Under the pieces are notes generated by a model. That model was given only the letters and a program-made list of their open reading frames with translations. It was not told the origin of the DNA and did not search any database. This document shows positions 53,597-63,607 of a stretch of 64,000 bases of DNA, piece by piece (within the stretch, counting starts at the first letter, position 1; each line of letters begins with the position of its first letter). Position numbers and translations under genes: made by a program. The stretch is from Escherichia coli (GTDB lineage: Bacteria; Pseudomonadota; Gammaproteobacteria; Enterobacterales; Enterobacteriaceae), in assembly GCF_050920415.1 (NCBI RefSeq), contig NZ_CP169309.1; one strand, 5' to 3'.

Positions 53597-56041
53597 ATGC
53601 CAACACCAAGCATCATCAAAACACTCGCCACCCACCGCGAAAAACCGTTCGTCAGCGTCGTCACGCCAACATGGAACCGCGGCGCATTCCTCCCGTACCT
53701 GCTCTATATGTACCGCTATCAGGACTACCCGGCAGACCGCCGCGAACTGGTCATCCTTGACGACTCGCCGCAAAGCCATCAACACATCATCGACCGCCTG
53801 ACCAATGGCACGCCGGAAGCCTTTAACATCCGCTACATCCATCACCCGGAAAAACTGCCGCTGGGAAAAAAACGCAATATGCTCAACGAACTGGCGAGCG
53901 GCGAATATATCCTCTGCATGGATGACGACGACTACTACCCGGCAGATAAAATCTCTTACACCATCGCCATGATGCAAAAACACCGGGCGCTGATCTCCGG
54001 TTCCGACCAGATCCCCATCTGGTACAGCCATATCAACCGCATCTTTCAAAGCCGCAGCTTTGGCCCGCGTAACATCCTCAACGGCACCTTTTGTTATCAC
54101 CGTAACTACCTGAAAAAGCACCGTTACAATGACGATTGCAATTTAGGCGAAGAGAAAAGTTTCACCGACAATTTCAGCGTAAACCCGCTGCAACTGCCCG
54201 GCGAGCGCACGATTTTGTGTATTTCGCATAGCCACAACACCTTTGATAAAGACTTTATTCTCGGGGCCAGCACGCCAGTAAACGCGGCGCTTACGGATAT
54301 CGTCACCGATCCGCTGCTCCGCAATGCTTATCTGAGTCTGCATAACGCCACGCATCACCAGGGGATCAACCATCAGGCGATCTATCAGATCGTTCTGCTG
54401 AATCTGGATAAACGCCCGGATCGTTTACGGCAGATCCGTGAAGAGCTGGCATTGCTGCATATTCCGCCTGAAAAAATTACCCGCCTTGCCGCCTGTGAAG
54501 ATGAAAACGGTCAACGGGGCCGCCGCCTGTCGCACTTGCAGGCGCTACGCCTGGCGCAACAGCACGGCTGGCAAAACTATCTGCTGCTGGAAGATGACGC
54601 GGTTATTCTCAAGCAGGAGAAACATATTCAGGTGCTGAACACGCTGCTGGCGAGCCTGGCGAAAATTCCCTGGCAGGTGATGATCCTCGGAGGCGAAATT
54701 TCGCAAGGAACAATGCTAAAAAGCCTGCCGGGGCTGGTGCACGCGCAGGACTGCCGCAAAGTGTGCGCTTATCTGGTGAACAGCCGGTACTACCCACAAC
54801 TGGCGCAGCAGATGAGTAACGATGAGCACTCGCTGGAAGACGGCTGGCAGCCACTGCTGCGTGCCGACAAATGGCTGGCCTGTTACCCGAGCCTTAGTTA
54901 TCAGCGACCGGGCTTTAGCGATATCGAGAAAAAAGCGACTGATAACATTAACCACTACTTCAATAAGTTACCCGTAGCCACCAAGCCATCTACATTACCT
55001 ATCGCCGACACCATCGGCTTTTTAATGGAAACCTCATTCCACTACGCGCTCTATCGCCCAATCATCACCGCTCTACAGGCGCAGGGGCAGAGCTGCACGC
55101 TGGTGATCAACGACCGCGTGTTTAAACCGTTTCTGGATGAAATGCTGGAGACGCTAAAAACCATCGACGATCCGCAGCTCAAAGGTATGCGCTTGTCTGA
55201 GATGCAGGCACACGGTCAGCGGGTGAAATGCCTGGTCAGCCCCTACCACACGCCCGCGCTCAATGGCCTGGCAGCGGTGAACATCCGCGCTATGTACGGC
55301 TTAGCCAAAGAAACGTGGAACCACGCCGACTGGAACCGTTTTTATCAGCGCATTTTGTGTTATAGCCACTACAGTCAGCAGGCGCTGGCGCATTTCGGCA
55401 GCGCAAAAGTGGTCGGCAATCCACGCTTCGACGCCTGGCATAACGGCACGTTCGACCGTGCGTTGCCGGAAAATATCCAACCAGATTACCGTAAACCTAC
55501 GGTGCTCTACGCCCCAACATTTGGCGCATTAAGCTCCCTGCCCCACTGGGCAGAAAAATTGGGCCGCTTAAGCGGTGATGTGAACCTGATTTGCAAACTG
55601 CACCACGGTACCTGCTCGCGCCCGGAAGAAGCCGCATCGCTGACCCTGGCACGCAGGCATTTAAAGCAGAGCACCGACTCCGCCCGTCACACGCTGGCGA
55701 TGCTGGCAAAAGCCGATTACGTGCTCACCGATAACAGCGGCTTTATTTTCGATGCTATCCACGTTGATAAGCGGGTGATCCTGCTCGACTTTCCGGGCAT
55801 GACGGAACTGCTCGACGGTGAGAAAAGTTATTCCACACCGGAGAGCGCCGACCAGCGAATCCGCGAAATATTACCGGTGGCTCATGATATGGCTGAGCTG
55901 CGTTACTTATTGTCAGAGGCGTTTGACTGGGGGGCGGTACAGGCGCGGCTTACGGAGATTCGCCATCACTATTGTGACGCGTTTATGGATGGCAAGGCGG
56001 GAGAACGGGCGGCGATGGTGGTTGTGGAGGCATTGGGGTAA
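53597..56041 (+). CDS. Three-domain glycosyltransferase: GT2-like N-terminus, GT25-like middle, TagF-like CDP-glycerol glycerophosphotransferase C-terminus
   Basis: About 815 aa; N-terminus VSVVTPTWNR and DDD motif; middle LNLDKRPDRL..LLLEDDAV; C-terminus PTVLYAPTFG and YVLTDNSGFIFDA; ORF-track start at 53531 lies inside repeat C. Confidence 0.8.
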   Translation: MPTPSIIKTLATHREKPFVSVVTPTWNRGAFLPYLLYMYRYQDYPADRRELVILDDSPQSHQHIIDRLTNGTPEAFNIRYIHHPEKLPLGKKRNMLNELASGEYILCMDDDDYYPADKISYTIAMMQKHRALISGSDQIPIWYSHINRIFQSRSFGPRNILNGTFCYHRNYLKKHRYNDDCNLGEEKSFTDNFSVNPLQLPGERTILCISHSHNTFDKDFILGASTPVNAALTDIVTDPLLRNAYLSLHNATHHQGINHQAIYQIVLLNLDKRPDRLRQIREELALLHIPPEKITRLAACEDENGQRGRRLSHLQALRLAQQHGWQNYLLLEDDAVILKQEKHIQVLNTLLASLAKIPWQVMILGGEISQGTMLKSLPGLVHAQDCRKVCAYLVNSRYYPQLAQQMSNDEHSLEDGWQPLLRADKWLACYPSLSYQRPGFSDIEKKATDNINHYFNKLPVATKPSTLPIADTIGFLMETSFHYALYRPIITALQAQGQSCTLVINDRVFKPFLDEMLETLKTIDDPQLKGMRLSEMQAHGQRVKCLVSPYHTPALNGLAAVNIRAMYGLAKETWNHADWNRFYQRILCYSHYSQQALAHFGSAKVVGNPRFDAWHNGTFDRALPENIQPDYRKPTVLYAPTFGALSSLPHWAEKLGRLSGDVNLICKLHHGTCSRPEEAASLTLARRHLKQSTDSARHTLAMLAKADYVLTDNSGFIFDAIHVDKRVILLDFPGMTELLDGEKSYSTPESADQRIREILPVAHDMAELRYLLSEAFDWGAVQARLTEIRHHYCDAFMDGKAGERAAMVVVEALG

Positions 56042-56052
56042 ACCGCAGAAGT

Positions 56053-56150
<98 letters not shown>

Positions 56151-56367
56151 CGAACAGCGCACTTATCTACCCTTCGATTTTAAATACATCTCTTTATGGC
56201 TGGTGAATCGGTAAAGTCGTAGATTGTGGGGGAGCGATCTTTATGAATTCTGAAAAAACCCTGAATCTTGCTAAACATATTGCTTATCATAAATATAGGT
56301 TACACACTATAAAAATTACTGCGTAATTTAACATCTTGCCTAAAAATGATAGAGCGTAAACGATAAT

Positions 56368-57189
56368 ATGACTTCTGATAAAAAAGTAACTTCCGGTACG
56401 ACAAGCCAGAAACAAAACAACATTGTCACTCAAAAAATATCACGCCAGAAGGAATTGTTTCTATTATTTTGGGTTGATGAGTCCGATGATAGCCGACGTT
56501 CTATTTTTGAAGAAGCATGTCTGACGCGTTATTTCAATATCCTTTATTCCCCCGAGTATAAAAAAGAAACACAGATAGTTTATCATTTATCAATTAACAC
56601 ATTTAATCAAATCAAAGAAATATTAGAAATCTTTATAAACAAGAATGGAGGTAAAACTAAAGCAAAGGTTAAAGAAGTCAGTTTATTCTCACATGGGGGG
56701 CCAATTCATGGTCCTACAACCTCAAACTCTATAAATACACCTTCCGTGCCTAAATACCCACAACAAATGGACATATCCGGAGGATGGGATTCAATTGATT
56801 TTAACTGGTCAAACAATGCTATGTTTGTTATGTATGGTTGTCGCACTAGTTATGCAAGTGATGATTCAGGACAAGGTTTTGCCAGTAAATTATCCCTATT
56901 AGATAATTTTAAGGACGTGAATGTCTGGGGTCAAACAGAAAGTACTTATCCATCTTATTTCCCAGATATCAGGACAACGTCGATTATGAGGTCAATAAAT
57001 ATAGGTTGGTCTTTTTCACCAACATATATGGTTGCCAATTCTGAAGGTCAAGGATGGGATGCATTATTCCCGGATAATCGAAATCCATTAAAAGCTCTCC
57101 CTATGCAGTGTTATAATAATGGGACATTGATTTTAACCTGCGATCAAAGCAATTTTAATGATCACCGGAAGAATAAATCAAATGATTAG
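56368..57189 (+). CDS. Hypothetical protein in AT-rich DNA, no assignable domain (candidate toxin/effector of a two-gene cassette)
   Basis: 273 aa single long ORF in strongly AT-rich DNA; no signal peptide; possible His...Cys pair (FSHGGPIHG ... MYGCRTS); weak RBS. Confidence 0.55.
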   Translation: MTSDKKVTSGTTSQKQNNIVTQKISRQKELFLLFWVDESDDSRRSIFEEACLTRYFNILYSPEYKKETQIVYHLSINTFNQIKEILEIFINKNGGKTKAKVKEVSLFSHGGPIHGPTTSNSINTPSVPKYPQQMDISGGWDSIDFNWSNNAMFVMYGCRTSYASDDSGQGFASKLSLLDNFKDVNVWGQTESTYPSYFPDIRTTSIMRSINIGWSFSPTYMVANSEGQGWDALFPDNRNPLKALPMQCYNNGTLILTCDQSNFNDHRKNKSND

Positions 57190-57721
57190 CATTGTATTGA
57201 GAAGCTTTATTTTATTATTCATAATAATAGTGTATCCGGATTATAATAAAAACCCACCTGCCTTTGAAGTATATGGGGAAAATGACATACTTAAGGATAT
57301 GGTTATTAATATGAAAACTTATAGATACCATAGTAAGGAAAACTCTTCCCCCACAGCTATAGTGCAAACCATCCTTTTTAAAGGAAATATACAGCAAGTT
57401 TTTGAAAGCAATGACATGGGTGGTGCGAGCTTCTTTTTTTCTTATAATAATAAGGTTGAAACGCTGGTAACAGACGCTTTCTTTTTAAATAAAAAATTAG
57501 ACAAACTGCATGATGCAAATATTTTTGAGGTTATAAAGCATAAGGAAAACATCGTTATTAGATATTACAAGTGCAAAATTGAATATATGCAAAGAGAAAA
57601 ATTTATCGAAATAGAGATATCAACAAACAAAAATAGTTATTTTAACAAGAATGGAATAAAACAAAAAGATACAAATAAATATAACACATATTTCTTCAAT
57701 TACTTTGAGTCTCAAAAATAA
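57182..57721 (+). CDS. Hypothetical protein with N-terminal hydrophobic anchor, AT-rich (candidate immunity/partner protein)
   Basis: ATG overlaps the stop of the upstream gene (ATGATTAG); N-terminal SIVLRSFILLFIIIVY hydrophobic segment; Asn/Lys/Tyr-rich; alternative start at 57158. Confidence 0.5.
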   Translation: MISIVLRSFILLFIIIVYPDYNKNPPAFEVYGENDILKDMVINMKTYRYHSKENSSPTAIVQTILFKGNIQQVFESNDMGGASFFFSYNNKVETLVTDAFFLNKKLDKLHDANIFEVIKHKENIVIRYYKCKIEYMQREKFIEIEISTNKNSYFNKNGIKQKDTNKYNTYFFNYFESQK

Positions 57722-57724
57722 ATT

Positions 57725-58129
57725 TTATTTTGTCATGCGCGCCCTCCTAATCACCTCAATAATCCCCGTCGTCGACACCGACGGCGTGCGGGGGAAATAG
57801 ACCACCTCACAAATATACGCGAAGCTATCAAACTTCCCTGCCCAGTCATCGCCCATCACCAAAACATCCGCACTGTACCCCCGCAGATATTCCGCTTTCT
57901 GCGCCAGCGATTCCTCGAGAAATACGCCATCCACGCACGCCAGCCCGGCGATAATCGCCATGCGGTCATCCTGAGGGTAAACCGGTGCCCTGCCCTTTTT
58001 GGCAATATTTAAGGCGTCGGACGACACGCCAACCAGCAGCCGTTCGCCCAGCGTGCGGGCGCGTTGTAAAAGGCGCAGATGACCGACATGAAACACATCG
58101 AAGGTGCCGAAGGTGATGACCGTTTTCAT
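57725..58129 (-). CDS. Cytidylyltransferase, TagD-like (glycerol-3-phosphate cytidylyltransferase family)
   Basis: N-terminal FGTFDVFHVGH nucleotidyltransferase motif; about 134 aa; ATG 2 nt after the lfiJ stop with a GGAG RBS inside the lfiJ 3-prime end. Confidence 0.8.
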   Translation of the reverse strand: MKTVITFGTFDVFHVGHLRLLQRARTLGERLLVGVSSDALNIAKKGRAPVYPQDDRMAIIAGLACVDGVFLEESLAQKAEYLRGYSADVLVMGDDWAGKFDSFAYICEVVYFPRTPSVSTTGIIEVIRRARMTK

Positions 58130-58131
58130 GG

Positions 58132-58566
58132 CTACTCCGCTAATTTGTGCCGTAGCCAGCACTGAACGGCGATGTCATCCACCGCTTTTTGCGCTTTCGC
58201 CGTGGCACTTTCTTGCTGCTCGCGGCGTTTGTCATCCAGCGTCAGGGCCACCACTTTCTCTTCGCATGCCGCCGCCGTCAGGTTTTTCTGCATTCGCGTA
58301 GCCTTGATGTTAGCCAGCGTTTTTTCCTGCTCCTGCCAGGCGATCACTTTGCGCAAGGTGCCTTTGTAGCCGCTGACGTTTTTCAGCGATTCCACCGACG
58401 CCGCCGCGCCCGCAGATGTTTTCTCCACCAGGTAGCCTAACGCTTTGATATTGTTGTCATAGCCCGCGCAAATCTGTTTTTGCTTTGCCAGCTCGACGGT
58501 TTTGTCTTTGACCGATTTATCCCGCAGGCGCTGCAATTGCGCGAGGGTGTCGATGATTTGTCGCAT
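58132..58566 (-). CDS. lfiJ: FliJ-like flagellar export protein
   Basis: 144 aa coiled-coil protein immediately downstream of the FliI-like ATPase. Confidence 0.65.
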   Translation of the reverse strand: MRQIIDTLAQLQRLRDKSVKDKTVELAKQKQICAGYDNNIKALGYLVEKTSAGAAASVESLKNVSGYKGTLRKVIAWQEQEKTLANIKATRMQKNLTAAACEEKVVALTLDDKRREQQESATAKAQKAVDDIAVQCWLRHKLAE

Positions 58567-58568
58567 AG

Positions 58569-59906
58569 TTACTGTTCTGCCTTTTTGGCACCAGGAAAGA
58601 GGATTTGCAGGCGGCTTTGTACCAGTTCGAGGGAGGCGGGTTCGCGCATCTCCTGGCGTAAAAATCGCTCGATGGCCGGGAACATTTTCACCGCTTTGTC
58701 GACGCTGGCATCCGCGCCTGCCACGTAGCCACCGAGTGGGATCAGCGGTTTGATCTCCATATAGGCGGCGTAGTTTTGCTTTAACGCGCGAGCGGATTGC
58801 TGATGTTCCGGGCGGGTGACCTGGTTCATGCAGCGGCTGATCGACTGGCCGATATCGATGGCCGGATAGTGCCCCGCTTCCGCCAGTTTGCGGGTTAATA
58901 CGATATGCCCGTCCAGCACCGCGCGGGCGCAGTCGACGATGGGATCTTGCTGGTCGTCGCCTTCCGCCAGCACGGTGTAGATGGCAGTCATCGATCCCGC
59001 GCTTTCGCTGTTGCCTGCGCTTTCGACCAGTTTGGGGATCATGCCGAATGCCGACGGCGGATAGCCTTTGGTAGCGGGCGGTTCGCCAAGAGAGAGCGCA
59101 ATTTCACGCTGCGCCATCGCATAGCGGGTCAGGGAATCCACCAGCAGCAAAACGTGATGCCCGCGGTCGCGAAACCAGGCGGCGATGGAGTGACACAGTT
59201 CGGTGGCTTTCAGGCGCATCAGCGGCGATTCATCGGCGGGCGCGACGACGACGATAGACTTCGCCAGCCCGTCCGCGCCCAAGGAATGGTCGATAAACTC
59301 TTTCACTTCGCGCCCGCGTTCTCCTATCAGCCCAACCACCACAATATCGGCTTTAGTCTGGCGGGTGATCATCCCCAGCAGCACGCTTTTCCCGACGCCG
59401 CTACCCGCCATTAGCCCGACGCGCTGGCCTTTGCCGATGGTCAGCAGACCGTTGATCGCTTTCACACCCACGTCTAAGGGTTCGTCCACCGAACGGCGGG
59501 TTAAGGGATTGACCGAGGGCGGCAACGGCGGCAGAAGGTCGTTGCCGTTCAGGCGGCCTTTACCATCCAGCGGTTCGCCGAGGCCATTCACCACGCGGCC
59601 TAACCAGCTTTCGCCTATCAGGATGTCGTGGGCTTTTTCTTCCGGGAAGACACGCGCCCCCGCCATCAGGCCGACCGGCTGTTTAAACGGCATTAAATAG
59701 GTGATGTCACGATTAAAGCCCACGGCCTGCGCGTCAATTAGCGTGTGATTAGCGCTTTCGATGCGGCACAACTGCCCGGTCATTAATGGGCAGCCGACGC
59801 TCTCCAGCAGAATGCCGTTCAGGCGCACCAGCCGTCCGGCGACGCGAGCCAGCGGGATCGACTCCAGCGAACGCAGGGCGTTATCGAAAGCAGAAAAATC
59901 ACTCAC
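58569..59906 (-). CDS. lfiI: Flagellum-specific ATPase FliI-like
   Basis: 445 aa with Walker A GSGVGKS and Walker B. Confidence 0.9.
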   Translation of the reverse strand: MSDFSAFDNALRSLESIPLARVAGRLVRLNGILLESVGCPLMTGQLCRIESANHTLIDAQAVGFNRDITYLMPFKQPVGLMAGARVFPEEKAHDILIGESWLGRVVNGLGEPLDGKGRLNGNDLLPPLPPSVNPLTRRSVDEPLDVGVKAINGLLTIGKGQRVGLMAGSGVGKSVLLGMITRQTKADIVVVGLIGERGREVKEFIDHSLGADGLAKSIVVVAPADESPLMRLKATELCHSIAAWFRDRGHHVLLLVDSLTRYAMAQREIALSLGEPPATKGYPPSAFGMIPKLVESAGNSESAGSMTAIYTVLAEGDDQQDPIVDCARAVLDGHIVLTRKLAEAGHYPAIDIGQSISRCMNQVTRPEHQQSARALKQNYAAYMEIKPLIPLGGYVAGADASVDKAVKMFPAIERFLRQEMREPASLELVQSRLQILFPGAKKAEQ

Positions 59907-60609
59907 TCTGCGTCTCCGGCGTCAGCGTCTCTTGCAGTGCGGTCATGCATTGTTCAAGGCGATGCTCGCAGCCGATGTCCAGTTCTGATTTATCGGTGAT
60001 CACCCGGCATTCCCCCGGCGGCAAATCCGGCGAAGGCGTCAGCCCCCATTCGCTGACCTTTTCCGGCACCGCGTCGCGCAGGCGGTTAAACTCTTCCGTG
60101 CTCAGCATCACTTGCAGGGTTTCCGGCATCGCCGGGAAGGCCGCCAGCGCCTCTTCCACCAGCGCCAGTAACTGCGTCGGTTGCAGCGCCAGTTCGCAGC
60201 GGATCACCTGGCGGGTGACTTTCTCCACCAGTTGCAGCAAATCTTCCCGCTGTTTACGTTCGATATGGGCGAGGAAGTCGTTCACTTTTCCAGTGATGGC
60301 TTCCAGCGGCTGCGCTGCCTCAACAAACTGCTTGCGCCCTTCCTGCTGCCCGGCGAGGCTGCCTTCGGTGTAGCCCTGACGTCGCCCCTCGGCAAAACCT
60401 TGCTGATGACCTTCGCTAAAGCCCTGCTCCTGACCCTCGGTCATGCCCTGAGCAAACCCTTTTTGCAGTCCTTCCTGAAAACCATCCATCAACTGGCGCT
60501 GGTAATCGGCGGCGCTAATGCTGGCAGTGAGCGGTTCTCCGGTCACCGCACGCTGACGCGGCGGGAAACGGTGCAGGCGATAGCGCCCGCGCAGTGTTTC
60601 AATGGTCAT
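59899..60609 (-). CDS. lfiH: FliH-like export apparatus protein
   Basis: 236 aa with Glu/Gln-rich repeats typical of FliH; overlaps the lfiI start. Confidence 0.7.
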   Translation of the reverse strand: MTIETLRGRYRLHRFPPRQRAVTGEPLTASISAADYQRQLMDGFQEGLQKGFAQGMTEGQEQGFSEGHQQGFAEGRRQGYTEGSLAGQQEGRKQFVEAAQPLEAITGKVNDFLAHIERKQREDLLQLVEKVTRQVIRCELALQPTQLLALVEEALAAFPAMPETLQVMLSTEEFNRLRDAVPEKVSEWGLTPSPDLPPGECRVITDKSELDIGCEHRLEQCMTALQETLTPETQSE

Positions 60610-60612
60610 GGG

Positions 60613-61623
60613 TTACTCCGCCGTCTGTTCCGCAAAGAGCTGTAGCTGAAGTTCGCCCGCCTCTTCCAGTTCACGGGCGATACCCATGATTTCGCGGCGG
60701 ATCTGTTCGATACGGCTGACCGGCACCGGCCCCAGGCGCGCGGTAATTGCTTCCAGTTGCTGCACCTGACGTTTTGGCATCACCGCGTAAATGGAGCGAC
60801 GCAGCAGAGCTTCGGTGCCTTTCAGCGCCACCGCCCAGTCTTCCATTGGCACTTCGTCGAGCAGGCGACGGCGCACCTCTTCGTTCTGGCGGCTGAGAAT
60901 AAAGAAGTCGTACATCTCATCCTGGAGCTGCTCCAGCACGTCTTCGTCGCGCTCGCGCATCTGGTCGAGGATCACCTGCTGGTTTCCCTGGAAGCGGTTG
61001 ACAATATCCGCCGCCTGTTTGATGCCCTTCACCTTCGAGCCATGCTCTGAAAGCACCGACAGGCCGCGTTCGATCAGACGATCCAGTTCATCCACCACAT
61101 CGCGGTTGACGTCGTTGAGTTTTGCTACCCGGTAAAGAATTTCGTTTTGCACCGATTCGTTGAGATAAGAGAGCACCGCCGCCGAGATTTCCGGCGTCAG
61201 AAACGCGAGGAACACCGCCTGCAATTGCAGATGTTCTTCGGAGATCAGCATCGCCAGCTGGCGCGGTTCCACCCATTGCAGGCGCGCCATCCGCGAGCGG
61301 ATCTCATCGCCGTAGATGCCGTTGATCACGCTGCTGGCGATCTCGGTGCCCAACGCCTTGTTAAGAATGCCCTGCAACATGGAGCGCGACGCACCGTTGA
61401 TCCCGCTCTGTTCGCGGAACTCATCAAAGAAGTTATTGATCACCTTGCGCGCCATGCTGGTTTTGACGCCGGAAAGCCGCGCCATGTTTTCGCTCAGGCG
61501 CACTACTTCTTCGCGGCTGAGTTTTTGCATCACCGTTGCCGCTGCTTCTTCGCCCAGACACAGTAGCAGGATCGCCGCCTGTTCGAGGTAGCTGTTGCTC
61601 TTATTTATTGTCAATTCGCTCAT
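60613..61623 (-). CDS. lfiG: Rotor/switch protein FliG-like
   Basis: FliG-like sequence; start placed at internal ATG (MSELTINKSNSYLEQAAILLL...), overlapping the lfiF 3-prime end; start uncertain. Confidence 0.8.
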   Translation of the reverse strand: MSELTINKSNSYLEQAAILLLCLGEEAAATVMQKLSREEVVRLSENMARLSGVKTSMARKVINNFFDEFREQSGINGASRSMLQGILNKALGTEIASSVINGIYGDEIRSRMARLQWVEPRQLAMLISEEHLQLQAVFLAFLTPEISAAVLSYLNESVQNEILYRVAKLNDVNRDVVDELDRLIERGLSVLSEHGSKVKGIKQAADIVNRFQGNQQVILDQMRERDEDVLEQLQDEMYDFFILSRQNEEVRRRLLDEVPMEDWAVALKGTEALLRRSIYAVMPKRQVQQLEAITARLGPVPVSRIEQIRREIMGIARELEEAGELQLQLFAEQTAE

Positions 61624-63247
61624 TGCTGGTAATCCATTGTCTGAGAACTTCGGCAACGCGATCGGTGTCGCTCATGGCCAGTTTTTGCAGGAACTCGAGT
61701 TTCACTTCGAGGCCAGAACTCTGGGACGGCAGGCTGTCATCGCCAGGCAGCGACGGCAGGTCGACATTTTTACGCTCCTCTTCCGGCACGGCGATCCACG
61801 GTTCGCTGATGGCTTCCGGTTCTGGTGTGATAACCGGCGCACGTACCGCCGTCAGTCGTTTCATCAGCGGGCGCACCACAAAGAACAGCAGCAACAGGGC
61901 CAGCAGGCCGCAGCCAATCAGCCGCACCCACGCCAGTACGCTGTCATCTTTCCACAGTGGAATAACCGGTTCGACAGGCACCGCCTGCGGCACAAAGTTG
62001 AGCAGTGATAAGGTGAGATTGTCACCACGCTGGGCGTCGATTCCGGCGGCATTGTTCAGCAACGCGGTCAGTTGCGTGGTTTGCTCCGGCTTCCAGTTTT
62101 TCAGCGCCGGGGCGTTTTGATTGAGCACCACCGCCACGTTGAGGCGTTTCACCGCAAAGCCGGGATGCTGAATATGCTGGACGCTGCGGTCGTAAGAGTA
62201 GTCGCGCTTACTTTCGCTGTGTTTGGAAAGCGCTTCCGGCGAGCGGTTTTCTTCCGCACCGTTGGTCATCTGATTCGCTGCAATCGGCGGACGGTTACTG
62301 AGCGAACCGGGCACGCCCATCGCCACCTGATTGGTGTCGCTGTCCAGCACGCTCTCTTCGCGGTTGATTTTCGGCGCGTCACCGTAGTGTTCCTGGGTTT
62401 CGTCGATGGTGCTGAGGTCGAGATCCGGCATCACGCTGACGCGGTAATTCCCGCTGCCAACCAGCGAATCCAGTACGTTCGCCACGCTGGCACGGGTTTT
62501 GTCCTGAATGTCTTTGAGGATCTGATCGCGTTTACGGGTCGCGGCAGAAACCGCCTCGCCCGCGCCAATGCCGTCGGTCAGCAGATTTCCCGCCTGATCG
62601 ACGACGCTGACTTTGCTGGCCTGTAGCCCTGGAATACTGCCGGACACCAGATGCACAATGGCGTTCACCTGGTCCATATTCAGTTTCGCGCCGTAATGCA
62701 AGCGCACCACCACCGAGGCACTGTTTTGCGGCTCATCGCTGACCACAAACGAGCTTTCTTCGTTAAGCGCCAGATGCACCCGCGCGCTCTCCACCGCGTC
62801 CAGCGACATGATGCTCTGCGCCAGCTCCCCTTCGAGACTGCGTTTATAGCGCACGTTCTGCATGAACTGACTGCTGCCGAGCACTTCGTCTTTGTCCATC
62901 AGCTCGTAGCCGCTGGGCAATATCGCCTGCACGCCTTTGGCGGCAAGGGTCATGCGCGTTTTCGACAGTTCGTCTTCCGGCACCAGTATCTGCCCGCTTT
63001 GCGGGTCGATGCGGTAGGTGAGCTTTTCGCCGTCCAGCACGGTGACAATCTGCGACACGGGCAGATTTTCCTGGCGTCCGTAGAGCGAGACGTAGCCGCG
63101 ATTCCCCGTCCACAGCACGCTAACGATAATCGCCGTTGCCGCAACGGCAAGCCCCACTCCCGCCATCAACGCCCAGCGTTTGTTATCTGCGAGACGCAGT
63201 CGAAACGCCGGAAACGCCTGGGTTAACTTCTTTATTTGTGCATTCAT
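61601..63247 (-). CDS. lfiF: MS-ring protein FliF-like
   Basis: 548 aa with N- and C-terminal TM helices and a periplasmic ring domain. Confidence 0.85.
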   Translation of the reverse strand: MNAQIKKLTQAFPAFRLRLADNKRWALMAGVGLAVAATAIIVSVLWTGNRGYVSLYGRQENLPVSQIVTVLDGEKLTYRIDPQSGQILVPEDELSKTRMTLAAKGVQAILPSGYELMDKDEVLGSSQFMQNVRYKRSLEGELAQSIMSLDAVESARVHLALNEESSFVVSDEPQNSASVVVRLHYGAKLNMDQVNAIVHLVSGSIPGLQASKVSVVDQAGNLLTDGIGAGEAVSAATRKRDQILKDIQDKTRASVANVLDSLVGSGNYRVSVMPDLDLSTIDETQEHYGDAPKINREESVLDSDTNQVAMGVPGSLSNRPPIAANQMTNGAEENRSPEALSKHSESKRDYSYDRSVQHIQHPGFAVKRLNVAVVLNQNAPALKNWKPEQTTQLTALLNNAAGIDAQRGDNLTLSLLNFVPQAVPVEPVIPLWKDDSVLAWVRLIGCGLLALLLLFFVVRPLMKRLTAVRAPVITPEPEAISEPWIAVPEEERKNVDLPSLPGDDSLPSQSSGLEVKLEFLQKLAMSDTDRVAEVLRQWITSNERIDNK

Positions 63248-63251
63248 AGGG

Positions 63252-63593
63252 TTAGATCGACATACTCATCAGATCGTTAAATCCGGTGGCGATTTTGTTG
63301 CGCACCTGCACCAGCGCGGAGAAAGAAAGCGACGCCTGCTGGCTGGCGATCATCGCCCCGGCGAGGTCATCACTTTTGCCCGTGTCGACAGCCGTTTGCT
63401 GCTGCTCCGCCACCTGCTGGAACTGGTCAACGTGACCGAGCGCGCCGGACATAATGCGATTAAACGACACGTCCGGGTCGGTGGAACTGAAGGTCATGGC
63501 GGGTAGCACTGGCGCCTGGGCGTTGGCCTGCATCCGCTGCACGTCCTGCATAATTTGCGCCTGCATGGTGCTGTTGATTGTGGTAATGCTCAT
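63252..63593 (-). CDS. lfiE: Hook-basal body protein FliE-like
   Basis: 113 aa FliE-like; upstream of lfiF. Confidence 0.75.
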   Translation of the reverse strand: MSITTINSTMQAQIMQDVQRMQANAQAPVLPAMTFSSTDPDVSFNRIMSGALGHVDQFQQVAEQQQTAVDTGKSDDLAGAMIASQQASLSFSALVQVRNKIATGFNDLMSMSI

Positions 63594-63607
63594 TTTTAAC
63601 TTCCGGG

